A stretch of 64,000 nt of DNA. It comes from Candidatus Tenderia electrophaga (lineage in GTDB: Bacteria > Pseudomonadota > Gammaproteobacteria > Tenderiales > Tenderiaceae). The position numbers and the translations under genes were made by a program. Below are positions 9,783 to 20,797 of the stretch, piece by piece; position 1 is the first letter of the stretch; each line of letters opens with the position of its first letter. The DNA is taken from the NCBI GenBank assembly GCA_001447805.1, contig CP013099.1, positions 2,115,181 to 2,179,180 of the forward strand. The letters run 5' to 3'. A model generated the notes under the pieces. The model was not told where the DNA came from. It searched no databases and saw only the letters and a program-made list of their open reading frames with translations.

Positions 9783-10388
9783 ATGAAATTCCTGTTTGAT
9801 TTTTTCCCCATTCTTTTATTTTTCATTGCCTATAAAGCCTACGACATCTATGTCGCCACGGCCGTGGCCATCGTCGCCTCCTTCATCCAAGTGGGCTGGC
9901 TCTGGCTGCAGCATCGGCGCGTCGAGAAGATGCATGTCATCACGCTGTTGCTGATCGTGGTACTGGGCGGCGCCACCCTGGCCTTGCAAGACCCGACCTT
10001 CATCATGTGGAAGCCATCCCTGGTCAACTGGGCCTTCGCGCTGGTGTTCGTCGGCAGTCACTTCATCGGCAAAAAGACCATCGTGCAACGCATGATGGAG
10101 AAAAACGTAGCGCTGCCCGGGCACATCTGGCCGCGCCTGAATATCGCCTGGTCGGTGTTCTTCGTATTTATCGGCTTTCTCAATCTCTATGTGGCCTACA
10201 ATTTCGACGAGGCCACCTGGGTCAACTTCAAACTCTTCGGCATGATCGGCCTGACCTTCGTCTTCATCATCGCCCAGGCCTTTTTCATCGGCCGTTACAT
10301 GAAGGAGCCGGAATCGGCCAACCCGCCGGAATCCGTAAATTCCCCAGAATCCGTAAAATCCCCCGTAAAATCCAAGGAGCAACCTTGA
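9783..10388 (+). CDS. yciB: intracellular septation protein A (YciB)
   Basis: [18 protein letters not shown]... characteristic YciB N-terminus, 5 TM, 201 aa. Conserved yciB–yciI arrangement. Confidence 0.9.
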   Translation: MKFLFDFFPILLFFIAYKAYDIYVATAVAIVASFIQVGWLWLQHRRVEKMHVITLLLIVVLGGATLALQDPTFIMWKPSLVNWAFALVFVGSHFIGKKTIVQRMMEKNVALPGHIWPRLNIAWSVFFVFIGFLNLYVAYNFDEATWVNFKLFGMIGLTFVFIIAQAFFIGRYMKEPESANPPESVNSPESVKSPVKSKEQP

Positions 10389-10687
10389 TGCTGTATGCCA
10401 TCATCGGCCGCGATAAGGACAACAGCCTGGAACAACGTCTGGCGGCACGCCCCGAGCATCTGCAACGACTGGAGGCCCTGAAAGGGCAAGGCCGCCTGCT
10501 GTTGGCCGGCCCCTTTCCCGCCATCGACAGCGAGGACCCCGGTCCGGCGGGCTTCAGCGGCAGCCTGATCGTGGCCGAGTTCGAATCCCTCGAGGCCGCG
10601 CAGCAATGGGCCGATCAGGACCCCTATGTTGCAGCCGGGGTGTACCAGAGTGTTACCATTAGGCCTTTCAAAAAGGTATTGCCTTAA
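10388..10687 (+). CDS. yciI: YciI family protein
   Basis: 99 aa; start ATG overlaps yciB stop (TGATG). Track ORF 10007..10687 is an out-of-frame upstream extension and is rejected. Confidence 0.8.
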   Translation: MLYAIIGRDKDNSLEQRLAARPEHLQRLEALKGQGRLLLAGPFPAIDSEDPGPAGFSGSLIVAEFESLEAAQQWADQDPYVAAGVYQSVTIRPFKKVLP

Positions 10688-10959
10688 TGTCCGCTGAACG
10701 GGAACAACTCATCCGCCAACGCATCGAAGACGCCCTCAGGCCGCAACACCTGGAGCTGATTGATGACAGCCACCTCCATGCCGGCCATGGTGCCACCGGC
10801 GGTCACTATACGGTGCGCGTTATGTCGGATGCATTTGTGGGCAAGAATCTGTTGCAGCGCCATCGACTGGTCTACGAGGCACTCGGCGACCTGATGAACG
10901 GCGAGATCCACGCCCTCAGCATCGACGCCAGCACCCCTGCAGAACATGCCGAAACCTAG
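10687..10959 (+). CDS. BolA family transcriptional regulator
   Basis: 90 aa with BolA fold signature (HLHAGH..GGHY). TAATG overlap with yciI. Confidence 0.85.
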   Translation: MSAEREQLIRQRIEDALRPQHLELIDDSHLHAGHGATGGHYTVRVMSDAFVGKNLLQRHRLVYEALGDLMNGEIHALSIDASTPAEHAET

Positions 10960-10996
10960 TCATAACCATCATTACAAAACCATTAAGGACTCAAGT

Positions 10997-11797
10997 ATGC
11001 AATCACTCATGAAGTCGATCTCCGCCTTGTTTCTACTGTGTGCAGTCTCTATATCCTTCGCCGCCGACGGTGACAAGCAGATCGCCACCGTGAACGGCGA
11101 ACCGATCACCACCGCCGATTTGCTCACCTATGCCAAGATCAAGAATCCAAAAGCCGACCTCAATTCGCCCCAGACCCGCCAGCAATTGATACAGGCCTAC
11201 GTCGGCCGCGAGCTGCTGTTTCAGGAAGCCATGAAGCAAAATCTGAATGAGTCGGAACGGGTTCAGTTGGCCCTGGACAATCAGCGTCGCGAAGTGATTT
11301 CGCAGGCCCTGGTGGCCAAGATCCTGAACCAGAACCCCGTCACCGAAGCACAGGCGCGCGCGTTTTATCAGCAACAGGCCGAGACCTCCAAAGCGGCGGA
11401 ATACAAGGCCGCCCATATCCTGACCCAATCGCAACAACAGGCCGAGGAGGCCATCGGCAAACTCAACAGCGGTACCGACTTCGCCCAGGTGGCGCGCGAT
11501 TTCTCCAGCGACAGCAGCGCCAGCCGCGGCGGGGAAATCGGCTGGATCAACCCGGCCAGAATGCCGGAGAACTTCGCCGCCGCACTGCAAAACACCCGCG
11601 TCGGCGAATACACCAAAACACCGGTGCAGACCAATTTCGGCTGGCATGTGATCAAGGTCGAGGCCTCGCGCCCGGTAAGCGTGCCGGACTTCGCTCAGGT
11701 GAAGGATCGCCTGATGCAGCTGCTTGCCGAGCAACGGGTGTCGGAATACGTGGCCGAATTGCAGAAAAAGGCCGACATCAAGATCAACAATCAGTGA
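10997..11797 (+). CDS. periplasmic peptidyl-prolyl cis-trans isomerase, PpiC/parvulin family
   Basis: Start at MQSLMKSISALFLLCAVSISFA (signal peptide) preceded by AAGGA. Parvulin motif (NFGWHVIKV) at C-terminus. Confidence 0.85.
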   Translation: MQSLMKSISALFLLCAVSISFAADGDKQIATVNGEPITTADLLTYAKIKNPKADLNSPQTRQQLIQAYVGRELLFQEAMKQNLNESERVQLALDNQRREVISQALVAKILNQNPVTEAQARAFYQQQAETSKAAEYKAAHILTQSQQQAEEAIGKLNSGTDFAQVARDFSSDSSASRGGEIGWINPARMPENFAAALQNTRVGEYTKTPVQTNFGWHVIKVEASRPVSVPDFAQVKDRLMQLLAEQRVSEYVAELQKKADIKINNQ

Positions 11798-11830
11798 ACC
11801 ATGCAATGCGCCCGGTGCCGCGGCACCGGG

Positions 11831-13855
<2,025 letters not shown>

Positions 13856-13941
13856 CTAAGGCACAACACACGCGATTGTTATTATCGGTGCGCGTATTAT
13901 CCCAGAAAGTCGGCCCACCACCCAGCCAAAAAACGCGCCCT

Positions 13942-15249
13942 TTAAAGCATGCCTGTCAACAGGGTGGCGATGCCAAGAAAGGAGAAAAACCCGACCACGT
14001 CGGTGACGGTGGTCAAAATAATGGATGAGGATTGTGCCGGATCCTGCCCCAGAGAACTGAGGATGACCGGGATAATGACGCCGGAAAACGCGGCAGCCGT
14101 CATGGAAATGATCATCGAGAAGGTGATCACCAGTCCCAAGCCATACGACCCGCTCCAGAAATAGACCCCGACAGCTGTAGTCAGCGCCACCGCAATCCCA
14201 TTGATAAAGGCGGCGCCGATCTCCTTGCGCGTCACGCGGCGCCAGTGACTGGTGCCGATCTCGCGCAACGCCAGTCCGCGCATGGTCACCGCCAGGGCCT
14301 GGGCGCCGGTATTGCCCGACTGCCCCGCCACCACCGGCAGCAACACTGCCAAGGCGGTAAAGCTGGCGATGGTACTCTCGAAAATACCCACCACACTGGC
14401 GGCCAAAAAGGCGGTGAGCAGATTGATCTGCAGCCAAGGCAGACGCTTGCGCACCACGAACCCGATACTGGACAGGGCACGTTCGTCCTTGCTGGCGCCG
14501 ACCATGGTCTGGATATCGGCGCTGGCCTCTTCCTGCACCGCCGTCACCAGGGCGTCCTGGCGGATAATCCCCATTAAGCGACCGTCGATATCCACCACCG
14601 GTAGATCCGTCATCTTGTGCTGTTCCATCTGTTCCACCACCTCGTCGCGGCTGGCGGTGGCCAGCACCCAGGCGGGCACCGCCTTGGCCAAGGCCTGCAA
14701 GGGGCCGGTGCCGTCGGCCAGCGACAAGGCCTGGATATCCACCATCTGCTTGACCACACCGTCGGCGTCGGTAAGAAACAACTGGCGGCTGAATTTGGGC
14801 TTGTGACGTTGCAACAGACGCAACGCTTCGCGCACCGTCAATTCGCCGCGCAAAGACAAAAAGCGCGGATCCATGACCCCACCGGCGCTGTCCGCAGGAT
14901 ATTCCATCAAACGCTGCAGTTCGTGACGGCGATCAGTATCCAGCAAGCGGAGATAGTCATCACGCGCCGCGTGCGGCAGGCGCAGCAACAATCTGGCCGA
15001 GGCTTGCGGCTCACTGCGCCCCAACAAGGTCCGAACAAAGCCCTCAGGCAACTGCAGCAGCGCCTCTTCCTGAGCTCCCAGAGGCAAGTGCTGCCAAAGC
15101 TGCAAGGCAATGGTCACCGGGACCGACTGCAATATGCCGCCGAGTTCATGCGCCCGGACCAAGGCAAGCTCGCGGGCCGCCTCCGCGGGATAGTGATTGA
15201 GATACTCGCGATTCAACGCCGCTGCCGCATGTTCAGACGCCGTTGTCAT
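13942..15249 (-). CDS. mgtE: magnesium transporter MgtE (full length: MgtE-N, tandem CBS, 5-TM domain)
   Basis: Start at MTTASEHAAAAL (15249); 48-aa upstream extension rejected. TM domain with GNTGAQ-type motif (AGQSGNTGAQALAV). Confidence 0.9.
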   Translation of the reverse strand: MTTASEHAAAALNREYLNHYPAEAARELALVRAHELGGILQSVPVTIALQLWQHLPLGAQEEALLQLPEGFVRTLLGRSEPQASARLLLRLPHAARDDYLRLLDTDRRHELQRLMEYPADSAGGVMDPRFLSLRGELTVREALRLLQRHKPKFSRQLFLTDADGVVKQMVDIQALSLADGTGPLQALAKAVPAWVLATASRDEVVEQMEQHKMTDLPVVDIDGRLMGIIRQDALVTAVQEEASADIQTMVGASKDERALSSIGFVVRKRLPWLQINLLTAFLAASVVGIFESTIASFTALAVLLPVVAGQSGNTGAQALAVTMRGLALREIGTSHWRRVTRKEIGAAFINGIAVALTTAVGVYFWSGSYGLGLVITFSMIISMTAAAFSGVIIPVILSSLGQDPAQSSSIILTTVTDVVGFFSFLGIATLLTGML

Positions 15250-16081
15250 GGGTATCCCTTTTCGCTCGTTGAGTGTCGAACAGCGTGTCGAGCGTGGCCG
15301 TGAGGGCCACCGCCAGCGATAACCAAAGCCACTCCAAAAATGTCGTGGTCGCTGCTCCGGTGTCGGCCGTGACCTGAATTGGCACCGCATCATGCAAGCT
15401 GGAGAAATCGATTTCCCCCACCAGTCTGGTTTTACTGTCGATGACCGGGAGATACTGGTGATGACGCCAGACCGGCATATCCACTACTTCCTTCACGCTG
15501 GCGCGCACCGGAATGCCGGGCACGCTCCTGAGGGCCAATTGGGCGATGGGCGCCTGGGCATCGGCGCGCAGCAACTGGACCAGGCTCAGCACGCCCTTCA
15601 GCCTGAGCGCCTCATCATTGACATAAATGTGATGCTGGCTCAATTGATGCGTCTGCCTGATGCGCTTCAATGCCTCCGTCACCGAAATCGTGGCGGGGAG
15701 CACGAATAAATAACTGCGCATGCGGCTACCCACACTGCCGTCCGGATAGCGCATCAAACGCGTCAGGCGTCTTTGCGTTGATTGTGGCACGCGCTCCAGG
15801 CGCGCCTGCGCCGCATCCGGCGGCATGGCGCGCAGCAGTGTGGCGGCCGTGTCCCTGTCGCAGGCATCCAGCAAGGCGGCGGCCGCGTCCGCGGGCATGG
15901 CGGCAAGATAGGCGGCGCCATGCGCTGTCACCATGGCGCTCAACACGGTGACGGCGGGGTGCAGCTCCAGCTCGCTTAGGTAATCGGCGACCACCTCCGG
16001 GCCGAGACGCTCCAGCACCCGCGCCGCGGCCTGGGGATGGCGGCTGACAAATGCGCGACTGAGTTGAAACTCACTCTTCAT
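15233..16081 (-). CDS. soluble MgtE-N-terminal-domain plus CBS-domain protein (no TM domain)
   Basis: 282 aa. The N-terminal half resembles the MgtE_N helical domain; the C-terminal half is a CBS pair (ISVTEALKRIRQ... / LPVIDSKTRLVGEI). Overlaps mgtE start by 17 nt and the upstream channel gene by 11 nt. Confidence 0.7.
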   Translation of the reverse strand: MKSEFQLSRAFVSRHPQAAARVLERLGPEVVADYLSELELHPAVTVLSAMVTAHGAAYLAAMPADAAAALLDACDRDTAATLLRAMPPDAAQARLERVPQSTQRRLTRLMRYPDGSVGSRMRSYLFVLPATISVTEALKRIRQTHQLSQHHIYVNDEALRLKGVLSLVQLLRADAQAPIAQLALRSVPGIPVRASVKEVVDMPVWRHHQYLPVIDSKTRLVGEIDFSSLHDAVPIQVTADTGAATTTFLEWLWLSLAVALTATLDTLFDTQRAKRDTHDNGV

Positions 16082-17018
16082 CGTCGGGCACTGAATCCAC
16101 CAGGGTCGAGAGATGGCGGCTGAACAGATTGGCGGGCAGGCTCACCTCGCCCTGATCACTGTCGAGGATCACCATGGTGGCGGTGATGGACAGCAGCCTG
16201 CCCTGCACGTCCAGTACGCGGATCATATCGCCGGTATGATAGCGTCGCCGCACTTGATGCGCCGCCAATACATTGGCGACATAATCCCGCGCCCCGATGC
16301 CGAAGGCCAAGGCGATGGCACTCAGCACCGCGGCCAGGGTAATGCCGAACACGGTGGCGAGAAAACTGACATCGATACCGAGCTGGGCCAGCGCCAGCAC
16401 CACCGTCAATACGATAATGACGCCCTGCATCACCTGCGCCAGTAGCCTGGCCTGGGCGACGCCGGCGGCGAACATGGCCGACTCCACCAGACGCCGGCAC
16501 AAAGACGCCAGAAATACGCCGACCGCAATGATCAAAGCGCTGAGCAGGATCACGGGCAGATAGCCGAGCCCCAGCCCGATCCATGCGGTGATGAACTCCA
16601 ATTCTAGGATATGGGCGGCGACGGCGAAGAAAAATATCAGCACCAGCCAAAACACCAACAGTCCCAGCAGGCGCGTCGGCGGATGCGCACTTTGCAGGGT
16701 CTTCAGACCGGGCACATGGGTCAAGCGATGCCAGAGATGGTCCAAGCCTTCGGCCAGCCGCACCACAAAACGCCGCAGCAGCCGCGCCAGCACCCAGCCC
16801 GCCATCAATACCACAAGCGCCGCCAGAAGCTGGGGCAGCCACGCCAGCACCGCATTCAGCATTTCCACCAGACTGTGGGTAAGCGTGTCCAGCCAGTTAT
16901 TCTCGTTCATAATAGAAGGATCTATTGTTGCGCCTTTAGCTATTGTAGACATTTTATGGATCGATGAAGTCGTCGCGACGCTCCGCCACACGGTGCTGTA
17001 ACACCTCGGCCAATTCAT
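16071..17018 (-). CDS. small MscS-like mechanosensitive ion channel family protein
   Basis: 4 predicted TM helices and an MscS-like pore-proximal segment (GDMIRVLDVQGRLLSITATMVILD). Start uncertain: ATG 17018, 16952 (MSTIAKG) or 16910 (MNENNW). Confidence 0.65.
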   Translation of the reverse strand: MNWPRCYSTVWRSVATTSSIHKMSTIAKGATIDPSIMNENNWLDTLTHSLVEMLNAVLAWLPQLLAALVVLMAGWVLARLLRRFVVRLAEGLDHLWHRLTHVPGLKTLQSAHPPTRLLGLLVFWLVLIFFFAVAAHILELEFITAWIGLGLGYLPVILLSALIIAVGVFLASLCRRLVESAMFAAGVAQARLLAQVMQGVIIVLTVVLALAQLGIDVSFLATVFGITLAAVLSAIALAFGIGARDYVANVLAAHQVRRRYHTGDMIRVLDVQGRLLSITATMVILDSDQGEVSLPANLFSRHLSTLVDSVPDDEE

Positions 17019-17054
17019 CTATGCTTACCCGAAACCGCCGACTAAGGCATCATC

Positions 17055-17288
17055 ATGACAAAAACCAAGACCATGCAACAAACAAAATTCATACTCGGCG
17101 TCGCCTTATTGGTGCTGCTGGTGATATTCACGGCGCAGAATACTGAAATAGTCACCATCACCTTCTTTTTTTGGCAACTCTCCATCTCGCGTGCCCTGAT
17201 GGTGTTTTTCGTACTCGCCATCGGCGTCGTCATCGGCCTGCTGGTCGGCACCTGGCAGGCCACGCACAAGACTAAGCGCGGTCAATGA
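17055..17288 (+). CDS. LapA/DUF1049 family small inner-membrane protein
   Basis: 77 aa with two TM helices and K/R-rich ends, typical of lipopolysaccharide assembly protein A-like proteins. Convergent 7-nt overlap with the DUF155 gene. Confidence 0.6.
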   Translation: MTKTKTMQQTKFILGVALLVLLVIFTAQNTEIVTITFFFWQLSISRALMVFFVLAIGVVIGLLVGTWQATHKTKRGQ

Positions 17289-18085
17289 GCCAAGATAAAA
17301 TCGTTCACCAGAAAGATGATTATCTCGACCGCGATGAGCCAGATGATGATCCACTCCAGGGTGGATGAATGCTGGTGTTTCTGATCGTCGGCCAGCATCT
17401 GGAACAATTCGTGGATGGTCTCAAGCTTGAGGGATAATATCTCGGTACGTTGTTTCAACTCCAAATAATGCGCCCCGATTTGATACACCGGCTCCAGTTC
17501 GGGGTATTCCCAGAAAAATTCCGGCGTATCCAGCAACTCATACTTGAGAATGATATCGCTCTTGGTCAAAAACAGCTTGCCGCGCATCCTGGCGGTCTGC
17601 CGCCGTGACAACAGGGTGGAGCCGGTGTCGGCCAACTTGCGCGGAATGGCGGCGGTCTCTTCGATGGTCTGCTGGGCCTGTCTCTCAAACATGGCCAGTT
17701 TCACCGACTGAGACAGGGCATGAGAGAAGGCCAACAGGGTCATGGTGTCGTTATCGACGAGCTCGATATGCTCATGGGTGAAACGGTTTTTCTCACAACC
17801 ATGGATAAAGGGATAATGTTCCGTTTCCCGTTCCGGGTAGGCGCGCAGCGCAAACAGCTGCAGCTGCTCGTCAATGCGCTCCACCACATCCTTCCTGACA
17901 TTCCAGTACACCGCGACGCCGAAGGGAAAAATGGCGCAACTGCCCTGTTCGACCTCGAGATAGATCACATCGCGGTAGCAGGCGCACCGTCCCGTGGTCA
18001 ACAGGGCTCCGGACAAGCCGAGGAAGTTGAAGGACTCGGCGTAGCACACCGCCTGACATGACAAGTATTCCATGTTCTCGGACAT
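17282..18085 (-). CDS. DUF155/RMD1-like protein with C-terminal TM helix (tentative family assignment)
   Basis: 267 aa, soluble domain then C-terminal hydrophobic helix (LEWIIIWLIAVEIIIFLV). Last gene of the apparent GNAT-C39 / ATP-grasp / DUF155 operon, 32 nt after the ATP-grasp stop. Confidence 0.6.
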   Translation of the reverse strand: MSENMEYLSCQAVCYAESFNFLGLSGALLTTGRCACYRDVIYLEVEQGSCAIFPFGVAVYWNVRKDVVERIDEQLQLFALRAYPERETEHYPFIHGCEKNRFTHEHIELVDNDTMTLLAFSHALSQSVKLAMFERQAQQTIEETAAIPRKLADTGSTLLSRRQTARMRGKLFLTKSDIILKYELLDTPEFFWEYPELEPVYQIGAHYLELKQRTEILSLKLETIHELFQMLADDQKHQHSSTLEWIIIWLIAVEIIIFLVNDFILAH

Positions 18086-18117
18086 CAGTTGCCTCGTTCA
18101 GATGGTCACCGCGATTG

Positions 18118-19584
18118 TTATTTCTTGCCATCCAGGCGGCGCAAAAAGTCGGCCATGACCAAGTTGAATAACTCCTCACCCAGATAGCGGTCCTCGACAC
18201 CCATATCCAGATTCGGATTGTCATTGACCTCGATCACGTAGACACCCCGATCACTTTGTTTGACGTCGACGCCGTAGAGCCCGTCGCCGATCAACCCCGC
18301 CGCCTTCACGGCGATCTCCACCACCGCGCGCGGCGCCTCGGCGACGGCCCAGGTCTTGGCGTCGCCTTCCTGAAAAGCGCCGCTGCTGCCGTGTTTGACG
18401 ATCTGCCAGTGTTTGCGGTACATGAAATACTGGCAGGCGAAAATGGGTTTGCGATTGAGCACGCCGATACGCCAATCGTACTCGGTATAAAGATACTCCT
18501 GCGCCAGAATCAGTTCGGAACTCTCGAACAGGCGCTCAGCGATGGCATGGAACTCGTCACGGCTTTCGGCCTTGAACACCCCTTGCGAAAAGGCACTGTC
18601 CGGCACCTTCAGCACCATGGGATAGCCGATGCTCCGTTCGGTGGCCTCCAGATCGCGCCTGCCCAGAATGGCGCTCTTAGGCGTGGCGATATGGTTGGCG
18701 CGCAGCAATTCCGCCAGATACACCTTGTTGGTGCAGCGCAGTATGGAGGACGGATCGTCGATCACGACCATGCCCTCACTCTCGGCGCGTTTGGCGAAAC
18801 GATAGGTATAGTGGCTGATGCGGGTGGTGTCGCGGATGAACAAGGCATCATATTCCGCCAACCGGGCGTAATCCTTGCGCTCGATCAGCTCGGCATTGAT
18901 GCCCAGCTTGCGCGCGGCCTTGATAAAGGCCTTGAGGGCGCGCGGATTGGACGGCGGCAAAGGGTCCTTGGGATCGTGCAGAATGGCCAGGTCGTAACGA
19001 CCGGGCAGCTTCTGCTTACGGGTACGCCAGCGTTTGGACAGATAGGCGCTGAGTGCGGCACTGAAGTAGGCCTTTTCCTCAGCTTTGAGCTTATGCAGGG
19101 CAAACGGCCGGATGGTGGTAATGCGCCATTTATCCAGGCTTTTGAAATTGATCTGCAACAAAGGATAAGGAAATATCTCGAACAGTTTGCGCGCCAGGCC
19201 GTTAAAGGCCGCGTCCTGACAAGCGCCGAACATGACGCGCAGTTCGAACTCGCCCACACCCTGGGTGACGTGTTGCTTCTTGAAGGCCTTTTCTACGTCT
19301 TCATCGAGGATCACAGCATCGAGGCTGTACAGCGCCTTGTCGCTGAGATCGAGCATGCTCTTCACCGAGGGGATGACACGGTGCCGACGCGCCTCGGCCA
19401 GCAGGGAACAATAATAACCGACCCTGGAATAACGGTAGTCCTTGCACAGGTTGATCACCTGCACGTTCTTGAGCGCGAAATACTCCGCCGAGGTCAAATA
19501 CTCGTCAATATCCACCACCGGACATTCGATCTCGCTATAGGTCCAGCGTTTGACGTCTTCAACCACTATTATCTGGGTCACCAT
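18118..19584 (-). CDS. RimK-like ATP-grasp amidoligase with ~200-aa N-terminal extension (RLAN-type)
   Basis: 488 aa. C-terminal ~290 aa show RimK-type ATP-grasp motifs (...VLKVPDSAFSQGV..., ...YVIEVNDNPN...). N-terminal domain is unrelated to classic RimK. Confidence 0.85.
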   Translation of the reverse strand: MVTQIIVVEDVKRWTYSEIECPVVDIDEYLTSAEYFALKNVQVINLCKDYRYSRVGYYCSLLAEARRHRVIPSVKSMLDLSDKALYSLDAVILDEDVEKAFKKQHVTQGVGEFELRVMFGACQDAAFNGLARKLFEIFPYPLLQINFKSLDKWRITTIRPFALHKLKAEEKAYFSAALSAYLSKRWRTRKQKLPGRYDLAILHDPKDPLPPSNPRALKAFIKAARKLGINAELIERKDYARLAEYDALFIRDTTRISHYTYRFAKRAESEGMVVIDDPSSILRCTNKVYLAELLRANHIATPKSAILGRRDLEATERSIGYPMVLKVPDSAFSQGVFKAESRDEFHAIAERLFESSELILAQEYLYTEYDWRIGVLNRKPIFACQYFMYRKHWQIVKHGSSGAFQEGDAKTWAVAEAPRAVVEIAVKAAGLIGDGLYGVDVKQSDRGVYVIEVNDNPNLDMGVEDRYLGEELFNLVMADFLRRLDGKK

Positions 19585-19609
19585 GGATGTATGTATTACC
19601 TCGTCTGTG

Positions 19610-20701
19610 TCATGGTGGATACAAGATCAACGCGGCGCGCTGACCACTCTTGCCGTACTGTGCCATACGCTCGAACTCCTTGTGTAGAATGGGCATGTTG
19701 ACGCAATCGGTGACCGTCTTGCCCTTCTCCTCATCGATGTAGGGGTCATGAAAATAGATGTAACGGTCGTCGTGACCGGTGACCACCACCCAATGGGGAA
19801 ACTTTTCCTTGTAAATACGATAGGAACTGATCAGGATCACCGGCACGGCACCGCTGTCCAGGGCCTCGATAATACCGACGAGCGTGAGGCGGTGATAACT
19901 GAGCTTGACGGGCAGGTGGCCGATCTCTTCCAGAAAATCCTCGTCCACCAAGCGGATCACCTCTTTTTTTTCCTCGCTGCGCACGGAATCGACGAACAAG
20001 GTCTCGCCTTCTTTGACGTAGATCTCGACGCGAAAGCCGCGGTGATGCGCCGCCAGCGCCAAACCGTAGGGACCGCAGCCGCCGTGACCGGAGGTCATAT
20101 AGATGGTGGTGGATTCACGCCACAGCCGCAGTTCCAAATGGCGGCTCATCTCGGTGTGATCATCCAGGGCCTTCATGGCCATCATCAGCGCCGCCGGGCC
20201 GCAGGTAAAGTCCAGCGTCTGCTGATAATAGGGCACCGAGGTCATATTCGGCGGAATATTCTGCACCAGACGTTTTTCCAGCCGCACAGCGTCGGACAGA
20301 TCATCGTAATACTGCATATAGCGGCCAAACTGTTGGTAGCCCATACTCTCGAACAACCTCAGCGAGGCCTTGTTATCCACCCGGATCTCCAGGCGCATAT
20401 AAATGCAATCATGTGCCAGCGCGGCGTCTTCGGCGGCCGCCACCAGACGACGCCCGAGACCGCCCTGGCGCGCCTCTTGGGTCACGGCAATGGAATAGAG
20501 CCGCGCCAGCGAGGTGCCGCGATGGAACAACACCATGGCGTAACCCACCAGCCGCCCGTCCTGCTCCGCCACCAGGGTGTCGGCATGGCCCTTGGTGAGC
20601 ATGTAACGGAAATTGCGGCGGCTGAGCCGATCGCTGTCGAAACAGACCTTTTCGATCTCGACCAGTTGGGGAATATCGCCAAGGGTGGCGGGGCGAATCA
20701 T
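19610..20701 (-). CDS. bifunctional GNAT N-acetyltransferase / C39-like papain-fold cysteine peptidase fusion
   Basis: N-terminal ~150 aa GNAT (RimI-like; QEARQGGLGRRL acetyl-CoA motif). C-terminal ~200 aa with C39-like catalytic Cys (QQTLDFTCGPAALMMA) and His (HWVVVTGHDD). 25-nt gap to the ATP-grasp gene. Confidence 0.8.
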   Translation of the reverse strand: MIRPATLGDIPQLVEIEKVCFDSDRLSRRNFRYMLTKGHADTLVAEQDGRLVGYAMVLFHRGTSLARLYSIAVTQEARQGGLGRRLVAAAEDAALAHDCIYMRLEIRVDNKASLRLFESMGYQQFGRYMQYYDDLSDAVRLEKRLVQNIPPNMTSVPYYQQTLDFTCGPAALMMAMKALDDHTEMSRHLELRLWRESTTIYMTSGHGGCGPYGLALAAHHRGFRVEIYVKEGETLFVDSVRSEEKKEVIRLVDEDFLEEIGHLPVKLSYHRLTLVGIIEALDSGAVPVILISSYRIYKEKFPHWVVVTGHDDRYIYFHDPYIDEEKGKTVTDCVNMPILHKEFERMAQYGKSGQRAALILYPP

Positions 20702-20797
20702 GGGCTAACTCCGGAAACGAGAAAGGGACGGCGGCGAATAATTAGCACAGTCCATAGCGCCACTCCAGGAAAATTTCGCTCATCTCCGGCACGGCAT

